Assembly (NCBI GenBank): GCA_963706955.1
Contig: CAVPOC010000008.1
Location: forward strand, 928,001 to 992,000
Length of the DNA: 64,000 nt
DNA from: an uncultured Verrucomicrobiae bacterium
GTDB lineage: Bacteria > Verrucomicrobiota > Verrucomicrobiia > Chthoniobacterales > Terrimicrobiaceae
Direction: 5' to 3'
Below the pieces are notes generated by a model. The model was not told the DNA's origin. It saw nothing but the letters and a program-made list of their open reading frames with translations, and did not search any database. The position numbers were made by a program, and so were the translations under genes. Position 1 is the first letter of the stretch; each line of letters starts with the position of its first letter. This document shows, in pieces, positions 1 to 9,187 of the stretch.

Positions 1-1506
1 GAGCGACTCGAAAAACGAGTCGCCTTACTTGAGAACAACCGACTCGAAGAGTACACGACAGAACGCGAATCCGACCGCAACATTGTCGGAGCCATTTACA
101 AGGGGAAAGTTCGCAACATCGAACAAGGGATCAAAGCGATGTTCGTGGATATCGGGTTCGAGAAGAATGCTTTTCTCCAATTCTGGGATGCGATTCCGGC
201 CGCCTTGGACAGCGGCGTGGAAGCGGTCACGCGCGACGGAGCCAAGAAAAAGGGGCAAAAAATCACCCACAAGGATGTGCCCAAGATTTACCCCGCCGGC
301 TCCGACATCCTCGTTCAGGTAAAGAAAGGGCCGATCGGCAACAAGGGGCCGCGCATCACGACAGACATCAGCCTGGCCGGGCGATACCTCGTGCTGATGC
401 CCTTCAATGATCAATTCGGCATTTCCCGGAAGATCGATGATCCCAAGGAGCGGGAAAGGCTTCGCAAGGTGCTTCGCACTCTCGAAGTGCCCGAAAGCCA
501 TGGGCGTCATCATTCGCACGGTCGGCCAAGGTCAGCGGACCAGATATTTCATCCGCGATTTAAGTATCCTGCTGCAGCAATGGGATGACATTCAGCGGGG
601 ACTTGAGGAACTGCCGGCGCCGGTGTGCTTGTTCCAGGAACCCGATCTGATCGAGCGGACCGTCCGCGATTTTCTCACCGATGAGGTGGATGCGGTCATC
701 ATCGACGACGCCAAAGCCTATGAGCGCGATCCAGGAACTTGTTGGGCAGATCTCGTCGCGAGCCCGCAAGCGCATTCAACACTACACAGGTTCACAACCT
801 GTCTTTGACTGCTTTGGTGTCCAGGCGCAAATCGACGCAGCCTTTCACCGCCAGGTTTGGCTTCCTTGCGGCGGCTACATCGTCATCGATGAAACCGAGG
901 CTCTCATCGCCGTGGACGTGAACACCGGACGCAACAAAGGGCGCCAAGGACATCGAGCGAACGATCCTGCAGACAAACCTTGAAGCCGCCGATGAAATAT
1001 GTCGCCAAATGCGCCTTCGCAACGTCGGCGGAATTATTATTGCCGACTTCATCGACATGAATAGCCGGAAAGATCAGCAGGCTGTCTATCAGCGCGTCAA
1101 GGAGCGCCTCAAGCGAGACAAGGCCCGCACTCATGTGCTGCCAATCTCCCAGCTTGGGCTCATGGAGATGACGCGCCAACGAGCCGCCGAGAGCTTGGCC
1201 AGCACGCAATTCGTGCCGTGTCCGCACTGCCACGGCCGCGGAGTCGTCAAAAGCCCGATGACGATGAGTGTCGAGCTTCAACGAGCTTTGCACTCGGTCA
1301 TGCGCAAGCACCAGGACACCGTGCACGAGGTCAAGGTGGTCGTTCATCCCGATCTGTTGAATCGGCTCCGCACCGAAGACGAGGAGCACCTCGTCGATAT
1401 TGAGCGGCGCTATTCGGGCCGACTCTCTTTTCGTTCTGATCCCACCTACCACCAGGAAAAATTCGTGATCACGAACGCGCTGTCGGGCGAAGAACTAAGG
1501 CCGTAG
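1..1506 (+). CDS. Rne/Rng family ribonuclease (RNase E/G), 5'-truncated by the window, three apparent frameshifts (~500, ~725, ~945)
   Basis: Consecutive ORF pieces give S1 domain IVGAIYKGKVRNI..AMFVDIG, KGPRITTDISLAGRYLVL, GGYIVIDETEALIAVDVNTG, RLRNVGGIIIADFIDM and the Zn-link CPHCHGRG. Confidence 0.93.
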
Positions 1507-1511
1507 CGCGC

Positions 1512-1815
1512 TTACCTCTCGGCGCCGAGTCGCTGCAAATACGAAAAGCTAGTAAATCCCGGTGCGATGGCCATCGCCCCAGCGAGGTTGCCATCCGTAA
1601 CCACCCACGATTTCCCAACCCTGCAGATCGAAACTCGTCGGCTGAAAGTGCACCTCCGGCCGCACCGCCCGGCCAAGGACATCGGGTTCGCCTCCGCATG
1701 CGGCGCACGGGCAGGCGCGCCGAAGTTTCTCCAGCGAGAGATACGTTTCCTCGCCATTCGACCAGGCAATGGCAAGTTCGGATCCAATCTTTTGAATCGC
1801 CTTCGGCCGGAGCAC
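1512..1815 (-). CDS. DUF971 / gamma-butyrobetaine hydroxylase N-terminal-like protein (frameshift near 1550; start uncertain)
   Basis: LRRACPCAAC and W.DGHRTGIY motifs; removing one base gives the C-terminus GIYSFSYLQRLGAER. Confidence 0.8.
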
Positions 1816-2005
1816 AACTAATCCTTCCGATTTTCGGCGCATAATTGCAACGGGCTTCGGAGTTTGTCGCCTGCCCGGGCTCGCCGGCGAGTTCTTGAGT
1901 CGCTTCCGTGTCATCGTAACGGCAAGGTGGTTTTGGTTCGCCAAGATGCCGGTTTCCAAGAAGAGTTGGCGGCGATGATCGTAAGTTCAGGCATCCGCAA
2001 GAAAA

Positions 2006-2944
2006 ATGGTGCTTGTTGACACTCTTGCACCGCTCGTTTTGCTGATTGCCCTCGGCGCCGCTCTGGCGAGGATCCGCTTTCTCGGCAGCGCGTTCATTGC
2101 CGACCTGAATAAACTTGCCTTTTGGATTGCCTTGCCCGCGCTCCTCTTTACCTCGGCGAGCGGTGCGGCCGCGCCGAATAGCGGGACTTTCCGCCTCTTT
2201 GCGGTGCTGGTGGTCGGCACGGCGTTAATAACCCTCCTGGCCTTCGCTGCGAGTTTCGCTCTGAGGATGCCTGCAAGCACTCGCGGGACGCTCATGCAAG
2301 CGGCCTTCCGCGGTAATCTTGCCTACATCGGAATTCCAGTCCTTGCCTACAGCTTCTCGGAAAGTCCAACCGAAAGCAGCACCCGCGCTCTGGCGATGGC
2401 GGTGATCGTGATGGTGTTCACGATGGCGCTCTACAACATTCTTGCGGTGATCGTCCTCCAATCAAGCATCCACGCACCTGGCGGCATCGATTGGCGGCGC
2501 TCGGCACTCGCCATTCTTAGCAATCCGCTGCTCCTGGCCGGTCTGCTGGGCTTGATCGTCCCGCTCTTGCAAATTACCCTGCCTTCTTTCCTGCAGCGAG
2601 CCCTCGAAGCACTCGGCGCCGCCGCAGTGCCGATCGCACTAATGTGCATCGGCGGTTCGTTAGCAACGGCAAGGTTGCAAGGGCGACGTTCGTGGATCGT
2701 TGCGGCGGCCCTCCTGAAAGTGGCGGTGCTGCCCTTTCTTGTTTTCCTCTTGACGCGGCTGGCGGGACTCGAGCCAGCCGACCAGCGCACTGCCCTCGTT
2801 TTAGCCTCCTGCCCAACTGCCGCGGCAGCATTCGTTATGGCACGTCAAATGGGCGGCGACGAAGCACTTGCCTCCGGTTCGATTGCCCTCAGCACTTTGT
2901 TTTCGTTCATCAGTCTGAGCGTGGCCCTGTGGGTAACCTCATAG
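2006..2944 (+). CDS. AEC (auxin efflux carrier) family transporter
   Basis: About 10 hydrophobic segments; motifs LNKLAFWIALPALLF, RGNLAYIGIP, PIALMCIG, CPTAAAAFVMARQMGGD. Confidence 0.88.
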   Translation: MVLVDTLAPLVLLIALGAALARIRFLGSAFIADLNKLAFWIALPALLFTSASGAAAPNSGTFRLFAVLVVGTALITLLAFAASFALRMPASTRGTLMQAAFRGNLAYIGIPVLAYSFSESPTESSTRALAMAVIVMVFTMALYNILAVIVLQSSIHAPGGIDWRRSALAILSNPLLLAGLLGLIVPLLQITLPSFLQRALEALGAAAVPIALMCIGGSLATARLQGRRSWIVAAALLKVAVLPFLVFLLTRLAGLEPADQRTALVLASCPTAAAAFVMARQMGGDEALASGSIALSTLFSFISLSVALWVTS

Positions 2945-2955
2945 CAGCGGCACGT

Positions 2956-3014
2956 TACAGCGACGGTGTCCTCACCGTCGGAGATCAGTCGGCGGCGCGG
3001 ACGCCGCCGCGACA
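2956..3014. repeat. REP doublet, family B (degenerate)
   Basis: TACAGCGACGGTGTCCTCACCGTCG-spacer-CGGCGGCGCGGACGCCGCCGCGACA between convergent genes; matches copies at 19045 and 32260. Confidence 0.7.
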
Positions 3015-3024
3015 AATAACGACG

Positions 3025-3939
3025 TCAGTATTCCCTGGCGAGCAGGTGATCGGCGAGTTGACGGAGTCGCACTCCACCGCTCCCGAATGGCTGGAGCGCT
3101 CGATTAGCCAACGCCGTCAGCCGACGGGCTTCTCGGCGCGCGCTTTCCAAACCGAGGAGCGCGGGATAGGTGGTCTTCTGCGCGGCGATGTCCTTGCCGG
3201 CGCTCTTGCCAAGCTTTTCGCTTGTTTGCGTAACATCGAGGATGTCGTCGATCACTTGAAAAGCGAGTCCGAGGTAATGTCCGAACCTGCCCACGCTGGC
3301 AACGAGCGCCGGCCCGGCGTTAACGGCCATGGCACCTAGTTTGAGGCTCGCCGCGATCATTGCTCCTGTCTTGCACTCGTGGATATAGCGCAACTCGCGT
3401 CGGGACGATTTTTTTCCCTCTGCTTCCAAATCTGCGACCTGACCGGCGATCAATCGCCTGCTGCCGGCGGCAAAGGCCAGCTCGCTCAGGAAGTCTTTGA
3501 GGCGGTATCGCCGCGTCTCCTGGATCGACGCCAGGATCTCAAAGCCGGCCGTCAGCAACGCATCACCAGCCAAAACTGCGATTGCTTCGCCAAATACTTT
3601 GTGGGAAGTCGGCCGCCCGCGGCGCAAATCGTCATCATCCATGCACGGCAGATCGTCATGGATGAGCGAATAGGTGTGGACGCACTCGACGGCGCAGGCG
3701 GGAAAAATGGCATTGTCATAGCTACCCGCACACGCCTCCGCTGCCGCCAGACAGAGAATTGGACGCATCCGCTTCCCCCCCGCAAAGAGGCTGTATCGGA
3801 TGGCGCGATGAATGGTTGCCGGCTTAACCGACGTCCTTGGAAGAAGGCGATCAAGCGCGGAGTCGACCTCGCTGGAACGTTCACGCAGATAACTCTCCAG
3901 CGGTGGATCCGACCGGAGCTGGAGTGGCTCTTTGTTCAT
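3025..3939 (-). CDS. ispA: Polyprenyl synthetase (farnesyl/geranylgeranyl diphosphate synthase)
   Basis: GGKRMRP, SLIHDDLPCMDDDDLRRGRPT, FQVIDDILD, KT motifs. Confidence 0.92.
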   Translation of the reverse strand: MNKEPLQLRSDPPLESYLRERSSEVDSALDRLLPRTSVKPATIHRAIRYSLFAGGKRMRPILCLAAAEACAGSYDNAIFPACAVECVHTYSLIHDDLPCMDDDDLRRGRPTSHKVFGEAIAVLAGDALLTAGFEILASIQETRRYRLKDFLSELAFAAGSRRLIAGQVADLEAEGKKSSRRELRYIHECKTGAMIAASLKLGAMAVNAGPALVASVGRFGHYLGLAFQVIDDILDVTQTSEKLGKSAGKDIAAQKTTYPALLGLESARREARRLTALANRALQPFGSGGVRLRQLADHLLAREY

Positions 3940-4041
3940 AGTTTTTTCGCTTGCCGGGTAGGCGCATCTTGCACGGAAAGCAAATCTTTGGAAGCACCGC
4001 TTGCGATGTTATGCGAGCAGGAAGATGATTCCCGCTCTCCA

Positions 4042-4629
4042 ATGAATCCGCTTCGACTTGGCGTTCTCGGTTCGGGAAAAGGCTCGAACTTCCGCGCCAT
4101 TCTCCAGGCGATCCAAGAGGGAGGGCTGAACGCTAGCGTGGCCCTCGTCTGCTCCGATGTGCCCGACGCGGGCATTTTGCAGCTGGCGCGCGCTGCCGGT
4201 CTGGAGACGCGAACCATAGAGGAGCAAAGGTTTAAGACGCGACTCTCCACGGAATGTGAAGAGAAGCTGGTCGCCCAATTGCGCGACGCCAAAGTCGATC
4301 TCGTCGTCCTTGCCGGCTACATGCGCATGCTCAAGGATCCGATGCTCACCGCCTTTCCCCGGCGCATTATCAACATCCATCCTTCCCTTCTGCCTCAGTT
4401 CCCGGGCCTGGAGGCTTGGCGCCAGGCGCTCGCGGCCGGCGAATCGATTACCGGCTGCAGCGTGCACTTTGTTGATGAAGGGATGGACAGTGGCGAGATC
4501 ATCGCGCAGGCCCCTGTCCCTGTGCTCCCCGATGATACTCCGGAACGCCTGCACGCACGCATCCAGCAGGCGGAGCACCGGCTCTACCCGGAAGTCATCG
4601 GCAAGTTCACGCGCGGCGAATTGCCATGA
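4042..4629 (+). CDS. purN: Phosphoribosylglycinamide formyltransferase
   Basis: LGSGKGSNF, VLAGYMRML, INIHPSLLPQFPG, HFVDEGMDSGEII. Confidence 0.95.
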   Translation: MNPLRLGVLGSGKGSNFRAILQAIQEGGLNASVALVCSDVPDAGILQLARAAGLETRTIEEQRFKTRLSTECEEKLVAQLRDAKVDLVVLAGYMRMLKDPMLTAFPRRIINIHPSLLPQFPGLEAWRQALAAGESITGCSVHFVDEGMDSGEIIAQAPVPVLPDDTPERLHARIQQAEHRLYPEVIGKFTRGELP

Positions 4630-6629
4630 GCCGGTTCCGCATCTTTGATCTGAACCCCGCGCAACTACAAGCGGTCCAGCATGAGGAAGGTCCGCTGCTG
4701 ATTCTTGCGGGCGCCGGGACGGGGAAAACGCGGACCATCACGGCGCGAATCGCCTGGTTGATCGCTCAAGGCGAGGATCCTTCGAAAATACGCGCCGTGA
4801 CCTTCACCAATAAGGCGGCGCGTGAAATGAAGGAGAGAATTGCGGAGATGGTCGAGCCCGAACAAGCCAAGCTTGTGACCGCCTCGACTTTCCATGCGCT
4901 CTGCTTGAGAATCCTTCGCACCGACGCACAGCGCCTCGGTTACAAAGCGAATTTCAGCATCTTCGACGAAAGCGACCAACTGGGTCTGATCAAGAAGATC
5001 ATCACTCGCGTTTGCGCTCGCGATGAGAAGCTTGACGTGCAGTTGGCAAAGAACCTCATTAGCAAAGCGAAGAACAATGGTTGGCCTGCGCGCGACGACG
5101 AGGAGACTCTCATCGGTGCAGTATTTCACCGCTATGAACAGGAACTTCGCGCTCTCAACGCGATGGACTTTGACGATCTGCTCGCTCAATCGGTCCGCCT
5201 CTTGTCGGAATTCCCGGAAGTCCGCACCAAATGGCAGTTGAACACACGGCAGCTGCTGGTTGATGAATTTCAGGATACCAATCGCCTGCAACTCGAACTC
5301 GTTACCTGCCTGGCCAGCGGGAAGCCGCCGAACGTCTGTGTGGTCGGCGATGATGATCAAAGCATCTATGGATGGCGGGGCGCGGAGGTATCGAACATCC
5401 TCGAGTTTGAAAATCACTTTCCGAATCCTCGGATCATTCGCCTCGAACAGAATTATCGCAGCACGAACTCGATTCTAAGCGCGGCCAACCGGCTCATCGC
5501 GCACAATCCTCGCCGGCACCCAAAGAAGCTCTGGTGTCCTCGTCAGGATGGCGAGTCGGTTCGTGTCATTGCGGTGCCAGACGACCGCACCGAAGCTGAA
5601 TTCGTGACGCATGAGGTAGCAGCGCTCTGCGCCGGTGGCGGTGCCTCCTACAAGCAAGTGGCCGTCATTTATCGGATGAACGCGCAGTCCAGACTGCTTG
5701 AGGAAAACTTTCGCCGGCTCAGAATTCCGTATCGTCTGGTCGGGGGGAGAAGCTTTTTTGAGAGACGGGAGATCAAAGACCTTACCGCCTACATAGCCGT
5801 ATTCTTAAATCCGTCCGATGATGCTTCCCTTTTGCGGATCATCAATTCTCCGGCTCGCGGGATCGGCGCGGCGACCGTTGAGCTTGCCCTCAGCTTCAGC
5901 GTGGAGAATAAACTGAGCCTGTTTCAGGCACTTCGGGACAGCCGTCATCTCGCTACCTGCACGCGGAAAACGGCTGACGCTATCCTTAAATTTGTGGACG
6001 AAATTGAAGCCGCCCGCGTCCGCATTCAAACGCCCGGAGTCGATTGCGCGCACGTCCTCTCCACCCTTTTGGAGGGATGTGGTTACCTCAGTGATTTGAA
6101 GCGCTCCTGCCGGGATTCGGAAGAATCCTTCGGCCGGGAAGAAAACGTGAAAGAGATGCTCCGAGCATTGGCGGATTACCAGAAGCGAACCGGGCAAGGG
6201 CTGCAAAGCTTCCTCGACGAGATCAGCCTCGATCGCGACCGGGAGGAAGATCCCAAGAAAGTCGCTGATGGCGCCACGTTGATCACTTTGCATGCCGCCA
6301 AAGGCCTGGAATTTGCCCACGTATTCCTCGTCGGTGTGGAAGATGGATTACTCCCGCACGAACGCTCTAAGGCGGAGGGAAACATCGACGAAGAGCGCAG
6401 ATTATTCTACGTCGGTATAACCCGCGCCATGCGTTCCCTCGTTATTACATGGTGCCGCTCCCGGAAAAAGTTCGGCAATCCAACCTTCTGTCGGCCCAGC
6501 CGGTTCTTGCAAGAAATCCGCGGAGCCCAAGTCGAGGACGAAAGTTATGAAGAGCTGATCAATCGACCGATGGAACGGGAGGATGTCGCAGCCCAATTTG
6601 CCCGACTCCGGGCGCAACTAGCGAAATAG
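4626..6629 (+). CDS. UvrD/PcrA/Rep family ATP-dependent DNA helicase
   Basis: AGAGTGKT, TFTNKAAREM, VDEFQDTN, GDDDQSIYGWRG, EQNYRS, TLHAAKGLEF, EERRLFYVGITRA. Confidence 0.95.
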   Translation: MSRFRIFDLNPAQLQAVQHEEGPLLILAGAGTGKTRTITARIAWLIAQGEDPSKIRAVTFTNKAAREMKERIAEMVEPEQAKLVTASTFHALCLRILRTDAQRLGYKANFSIFDESDQLGLIKKIITRVCARDEKLDVQLAKNLISKAKNNGWPARDDEETLIGAVFHRYEQELRALNAMDFDDLLAQSVRLLSEFPEVRTKWQLNTRQLLVDEFQDTNRLQLELVTCLASGKPPNVCVVGDDDQSIYGWRGAEVSNILEFENHFPNPRIIRLEQNYRSTNSILSAANRLIAHNPRRHPKKLWCPRQDGESVRVIAVPDDRTEAEFVTHEVAALCAGGGASYKQVAVIYRMNAQSRLLEENFRRLRIPYRLVGGRSFFERREIKDLTAYIAVFLNPSDDASLLRIINSPARGIGAATVELALSFSVENKLSLFQALRDSRHLATCTRKTADAILKFVDEIEAARVRIQTPGVDCAHVLSTLLEGCGYLSDLKRSCRDSEESFGREENVKEMLRALADYQKRTGQGLQSFLDEISLDRDREEDPKKVADGATLITLHAAKGLEFAHVFLVGVEDGLLPHERSKAEGNIDEERRLFYVGITRAMRSLVITWCRSRKKFGNPTFCRPSRFLQEIRGAQVEDESYEELINRPMEREDVAAQFARLRAQLAK

Positions 6630-6651
6630 TGAGCGAGCCGCATTATTAGAC

Positions 6652-6677
6652 AGGCGGTTGACACAACCGCCTCTACA
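6652..6677 (-). repeat. REP element, family A, downstream of RAYT
   Basis: Minus strand TGTAG-AGGCGGTTG-TGT-CAACCGCCT: GTAG tetranucleotide followed by a perfect 9-bp hairpin. Confidence 0.85.
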
Positions 6678-6682
6678 AAACA

Positions 6683-7132
6683 TCAATCGAAGCGCAAAGG
6701 TACGATCTCGCCTTGATACGGCCAGTTTTCATGCGACGCGGTGAGACCGGCTCTCACTAGATTCTGTCTCACGTATTCCCACTTTTGCGCGTAGCTATCT
6801 TCGCCGCGCAATAAATGGTCGAAAAATCCCTCCTGCCAATGCGGAGCCTGCTCGAGAATGCTTGCTGAGATGCTGCGCTTGAGATTGCGAACCCATTGCA
6901 TGAGAGAAACATTAGGGTTGAGACGGACGAAAAGATGAATGTGATCGGGCATCAACACATACCGGTCCACACCGACTCCCAGCGATAAGCCTCTTTCGCA
7001 ATAGGCCAGAAAGACTCTGTGTACTTCCGCATCGGCCAAAAGACACTTGCGCTTATACGTGTTAAGCGTCACGAAAAACAATGGCATCGCGTAACGCTGA
7101 AACACCTCAAGGCGTGGCGGTCGATTAGACAC
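6683..7132 (-). mobile_element. REP-associated tyrosine transposase (RAYT, Y1 HUH family)
   Basis: FFVTLNT, YVLMPDHIHLF (HUH), WQEGFFDHLLR, YVRQNLVRAGL (catalytic Tyr), WPY; flanked by REPs; GTG start at 7132 is inferred. Confidence 0.9.
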
Positions 7133-7156
7133 GCCGACGTTTAACCTGTCGAGAGT

Positions 7157-7184
7157 GAGCGTAGTTGACACAAGCGCCCGGACA
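7157..7184 (-). repeat. Degenerate REP, family A, upstream of RAYT
   Basis: Minus strand TGTCCGGGCGCTTGTGTCAACTACGCTC versus intact TGTAGGGGCGCTTGTGTCAAGCGCCC at 12687. Confidence 0.65.
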
Positions 7185-7201
7185 AAGGCATCTCTTCCGC
7201 G

Positions 7202-7984
7202 ATGAAGTTTGGAATTCTGGGAGCGATGCCACAGGAAGTCGCCTTGATGGCGCGTTCGATCAGTGTGCGTGACAGTGTCGAATTGGGGATGCGGACGTTT
7301 TTCGAGGGCACTTGGGAAGGTCAGGAGGTCGTGCTGGTGCTCTCCCGCGTGGGGAAAGTTTCCGCGGCAATTAGCACTCTGCTGCTGCTCGAACGTTTTG
7401 GCGCAACCCATATCGTCTTCACGGGATTGGCGGGCGCAATCGATCCCGGCTTGCGAATCGGCGATGTGGTCATCGCCGAGCGCCTCGTGCAACACGACAT
7501 GGACGCCAGCCCACTGCCGGCCTTCAAACGGTTTGAGATTCCTCTGCTTGGAAAAATCTACTTTGAGACTGGTCTCTCGCAGGAAGCAGCCGACGCGGCC
7601 ATTCACTATACCCAGGGCGACTTCTTACATGAAGTGACGCCCGAGCAGCGATCGGCTTTCGGTATGGACCGGCCAAGAGTCTTCAGCGGTTTGGTGGCGA
7701 GCGGCGATCAGTTCCTCACAGATCCGATCAAGACCGCGGAGCTTCGCGACGCATTACCCGGGTTGCTCTGCGCCGAGATGGAAGGGGCCGCCGTCGCGCA
7801 GGTCTGCCACGAAATGGGCGGGATACCTACGGCCATCATTCGCGTGATTTCCGACCAGGCAGATCATTCGGCGCCAGTTGATTTCCTCCGGTTCATTGAC
7901 GAGGTGGCTGAATATCTTACTGGCGGCATCGTCCGATCGCTATTGACCTCGTTCACGACACGGCTGCCGTTCGCGCAAGCATAG
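7202..7984 (+). CDS. mtnN: 5'-methylthioadenosine/S-adenosylhomocysteine nucleosidase
   Basis: GILGAMPQEV, SRVGKVSAA, TGLAG, SGDQF, EMEGAAVAQVC, RVISDQAD. Confidence 0.93.
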   Translation: MKFGILGAMPQEVALMARSISVRDSVELGMRTFFEGTWEGQEVVLVLSRVGKVSAAISTLLLLERFGATHIVFTGLAGAIDPGLRIGDVVIAERLVQHDMDASPLPAFKRFEIPLLGKIYFETGLSQEAADAAIHYTQGDFLHEVTPEQRSAFGMDRPRVFSGLVASGDQFLTDPIKTAELRDALPGLLCAEMEGAAVAQVCHEMGGIPTAIIRVISDQADHSAPVDFLRFIDEVAEYLTGGIVRSLLTSFTTRLPFAQA

Positions 7985-8026
7985 CAATCACTGGACAGCG
8001 CGGCTCACGTCATCGAAACTCCTCCC

Positions 8027-8227
8027 ATGAGCGCAGGACAAGGATCTACCGGAAACGTGATTGCAGCACTGGCCAGCTTCTTTATCCCAGGCCTTGGGCA
8101 ATTGATCCAGGGCCGCTTCTTGCGCGCGTTGGTTTTCTTTGTGGCGGCCGCACTTCTCTGGCTTATCTGGATGGGATGGATCATGCATCTTTGGTCGATC
8201 ATCGACGCTGCATTGTGGAAGCCTTAG
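8027..8227 (+). CDS. Small membrane protein (TM2-like)
   Basis: 66 aa hydrophobic ORF with AALASFFIPGLGQLIQGR; promoter-like sequence directly upstream. Confidence 0.75.
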   Translation: MSAGQGSTGNVIAALASFFIPGLGQLIQGRFLRALVFFVAAALLWLIWMGWIMHLWSIIDAALWKP

Positions 8228-8348
8228 TGCGGCCTTAGGCTCCACATCGATGGCGCTCCAGGGCTTGTGACTGGCTTAGGCCCTCTGATATTTCTCGCAG
8301 AATCCTCCAAGTTCTGTTTTCTAGCAGCCAGACAGGAGGATAATTGCT

Positions 8349-9101
8349 GTGACGCTTCTTGGAATCGACATTGGTGGGACTGGAATCAAAGGCGCTCCGG
8401 TTGACGTGGAAACAGGCCAACTCGTCGGCGAGCGTTTCCGAATTGATACTCCCCGCCCGGCTCTGCCCAACGCCGTCGCCGATGTGGTCGAACGAATTGC
8501 CGAACATTTCAATTATCGTGGGCCGGCTGGCGTCACTTTTCCGGCGGTTGTCAAACACGGCGTCACCTATACGGCGGCAAACGTCGACCGGTCATGGATC
8601 GGAACGAATGCGGGGGAGCTCTTTTCCCAGCACGTCGGAGGACCTGTTACGGTGGTGAACGATGCAGACGCCGCCGGAGTCGCGGAAATTCGTTTCGGCG
8701 CCGGCAAGGATCGCAAAGGCGTCATCATCTTGCTGACCTTGGGAACTGGAATCGGTTCCGCGGTTTTCCTCGATGGGAAGCTCCTGCCAAACAGCGAATT
8801 CGGCCATCTGATGATCCGCGGGAAGGAAGCCGAGAAACGCGCCTCGGAAAGGGTTCGTGAGCTGCGGCAGCTCTCCTGGAAAGAATGGGCGGAAAGGCTG
8901 AGCGAATTTCTCAACGAGCTGGAAAAACTCTTCTCACCCGATCTCTTCATCATGGGCGGTGGGATCAGCAAGAAGGCGGAAAAGTTCTTCCCATATCTCA
9001 AGACCAAGACCGAGGTGATCGTTGTGCCCGCGCAGATGCGAAACGAGGCAGGAATAATCGGCGCCGCTTACCTGGCTCACATTTCGAGCCAGCAGCCGTA
9101 A
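8349..9101 (+). CDS. ppgK: ROK family polyphosphate glucokinase
   Basis: [58 protein letters not shown]. Confidence 0.88.
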   Translation: MTLLGIDIGGTGIKGAPVDVETGQLVGERFRIDTPRPALPNAVADVVERIAEHFNYRGPAGVTFPAVVKHGVTYTAANVDRSWIGTNAGELFSQHVGGPVTVVNDADAAGVAEIRFGAGKDRKGVIILLTLGTGIGSAVFLDGKLLPNSEFGHLMIRGKEAEKRASERVRELRQLSWKEWAERLSEFLNELEKLFSPDLFIMGGGISKKAEKFFPYLKTKTEVIVVPAQMRNEAGIIGAAYLAHISSQQP

Positions 9102-9187
9102 CTTCCGGCAGCTTTCCGAAGGGTTCATCGCGCCATCAGAGGCACCAATTGCCTTTACGCTGCGAGGCACTTCTCCATATTCCGCAT

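Noticed and set aside
480..960. Programmed frameshifting in the Rne/Rng gene
   Set aside because: Three shifts, no slippery heptamers, and similar indels in neighbouring genes point to sequence error.
3379..4041. N-terminal extension making PurN 416 aa
   Set aside because: It overlaps ispA on the opposite strand; PurN homology begins at ATG 4042.
7133..7606. Long N-terminal extension of the RAYT ORF (307 aa call)
   Set aside because: It is the antisense frame of mtnN; RAYT similarity starts near 7132.
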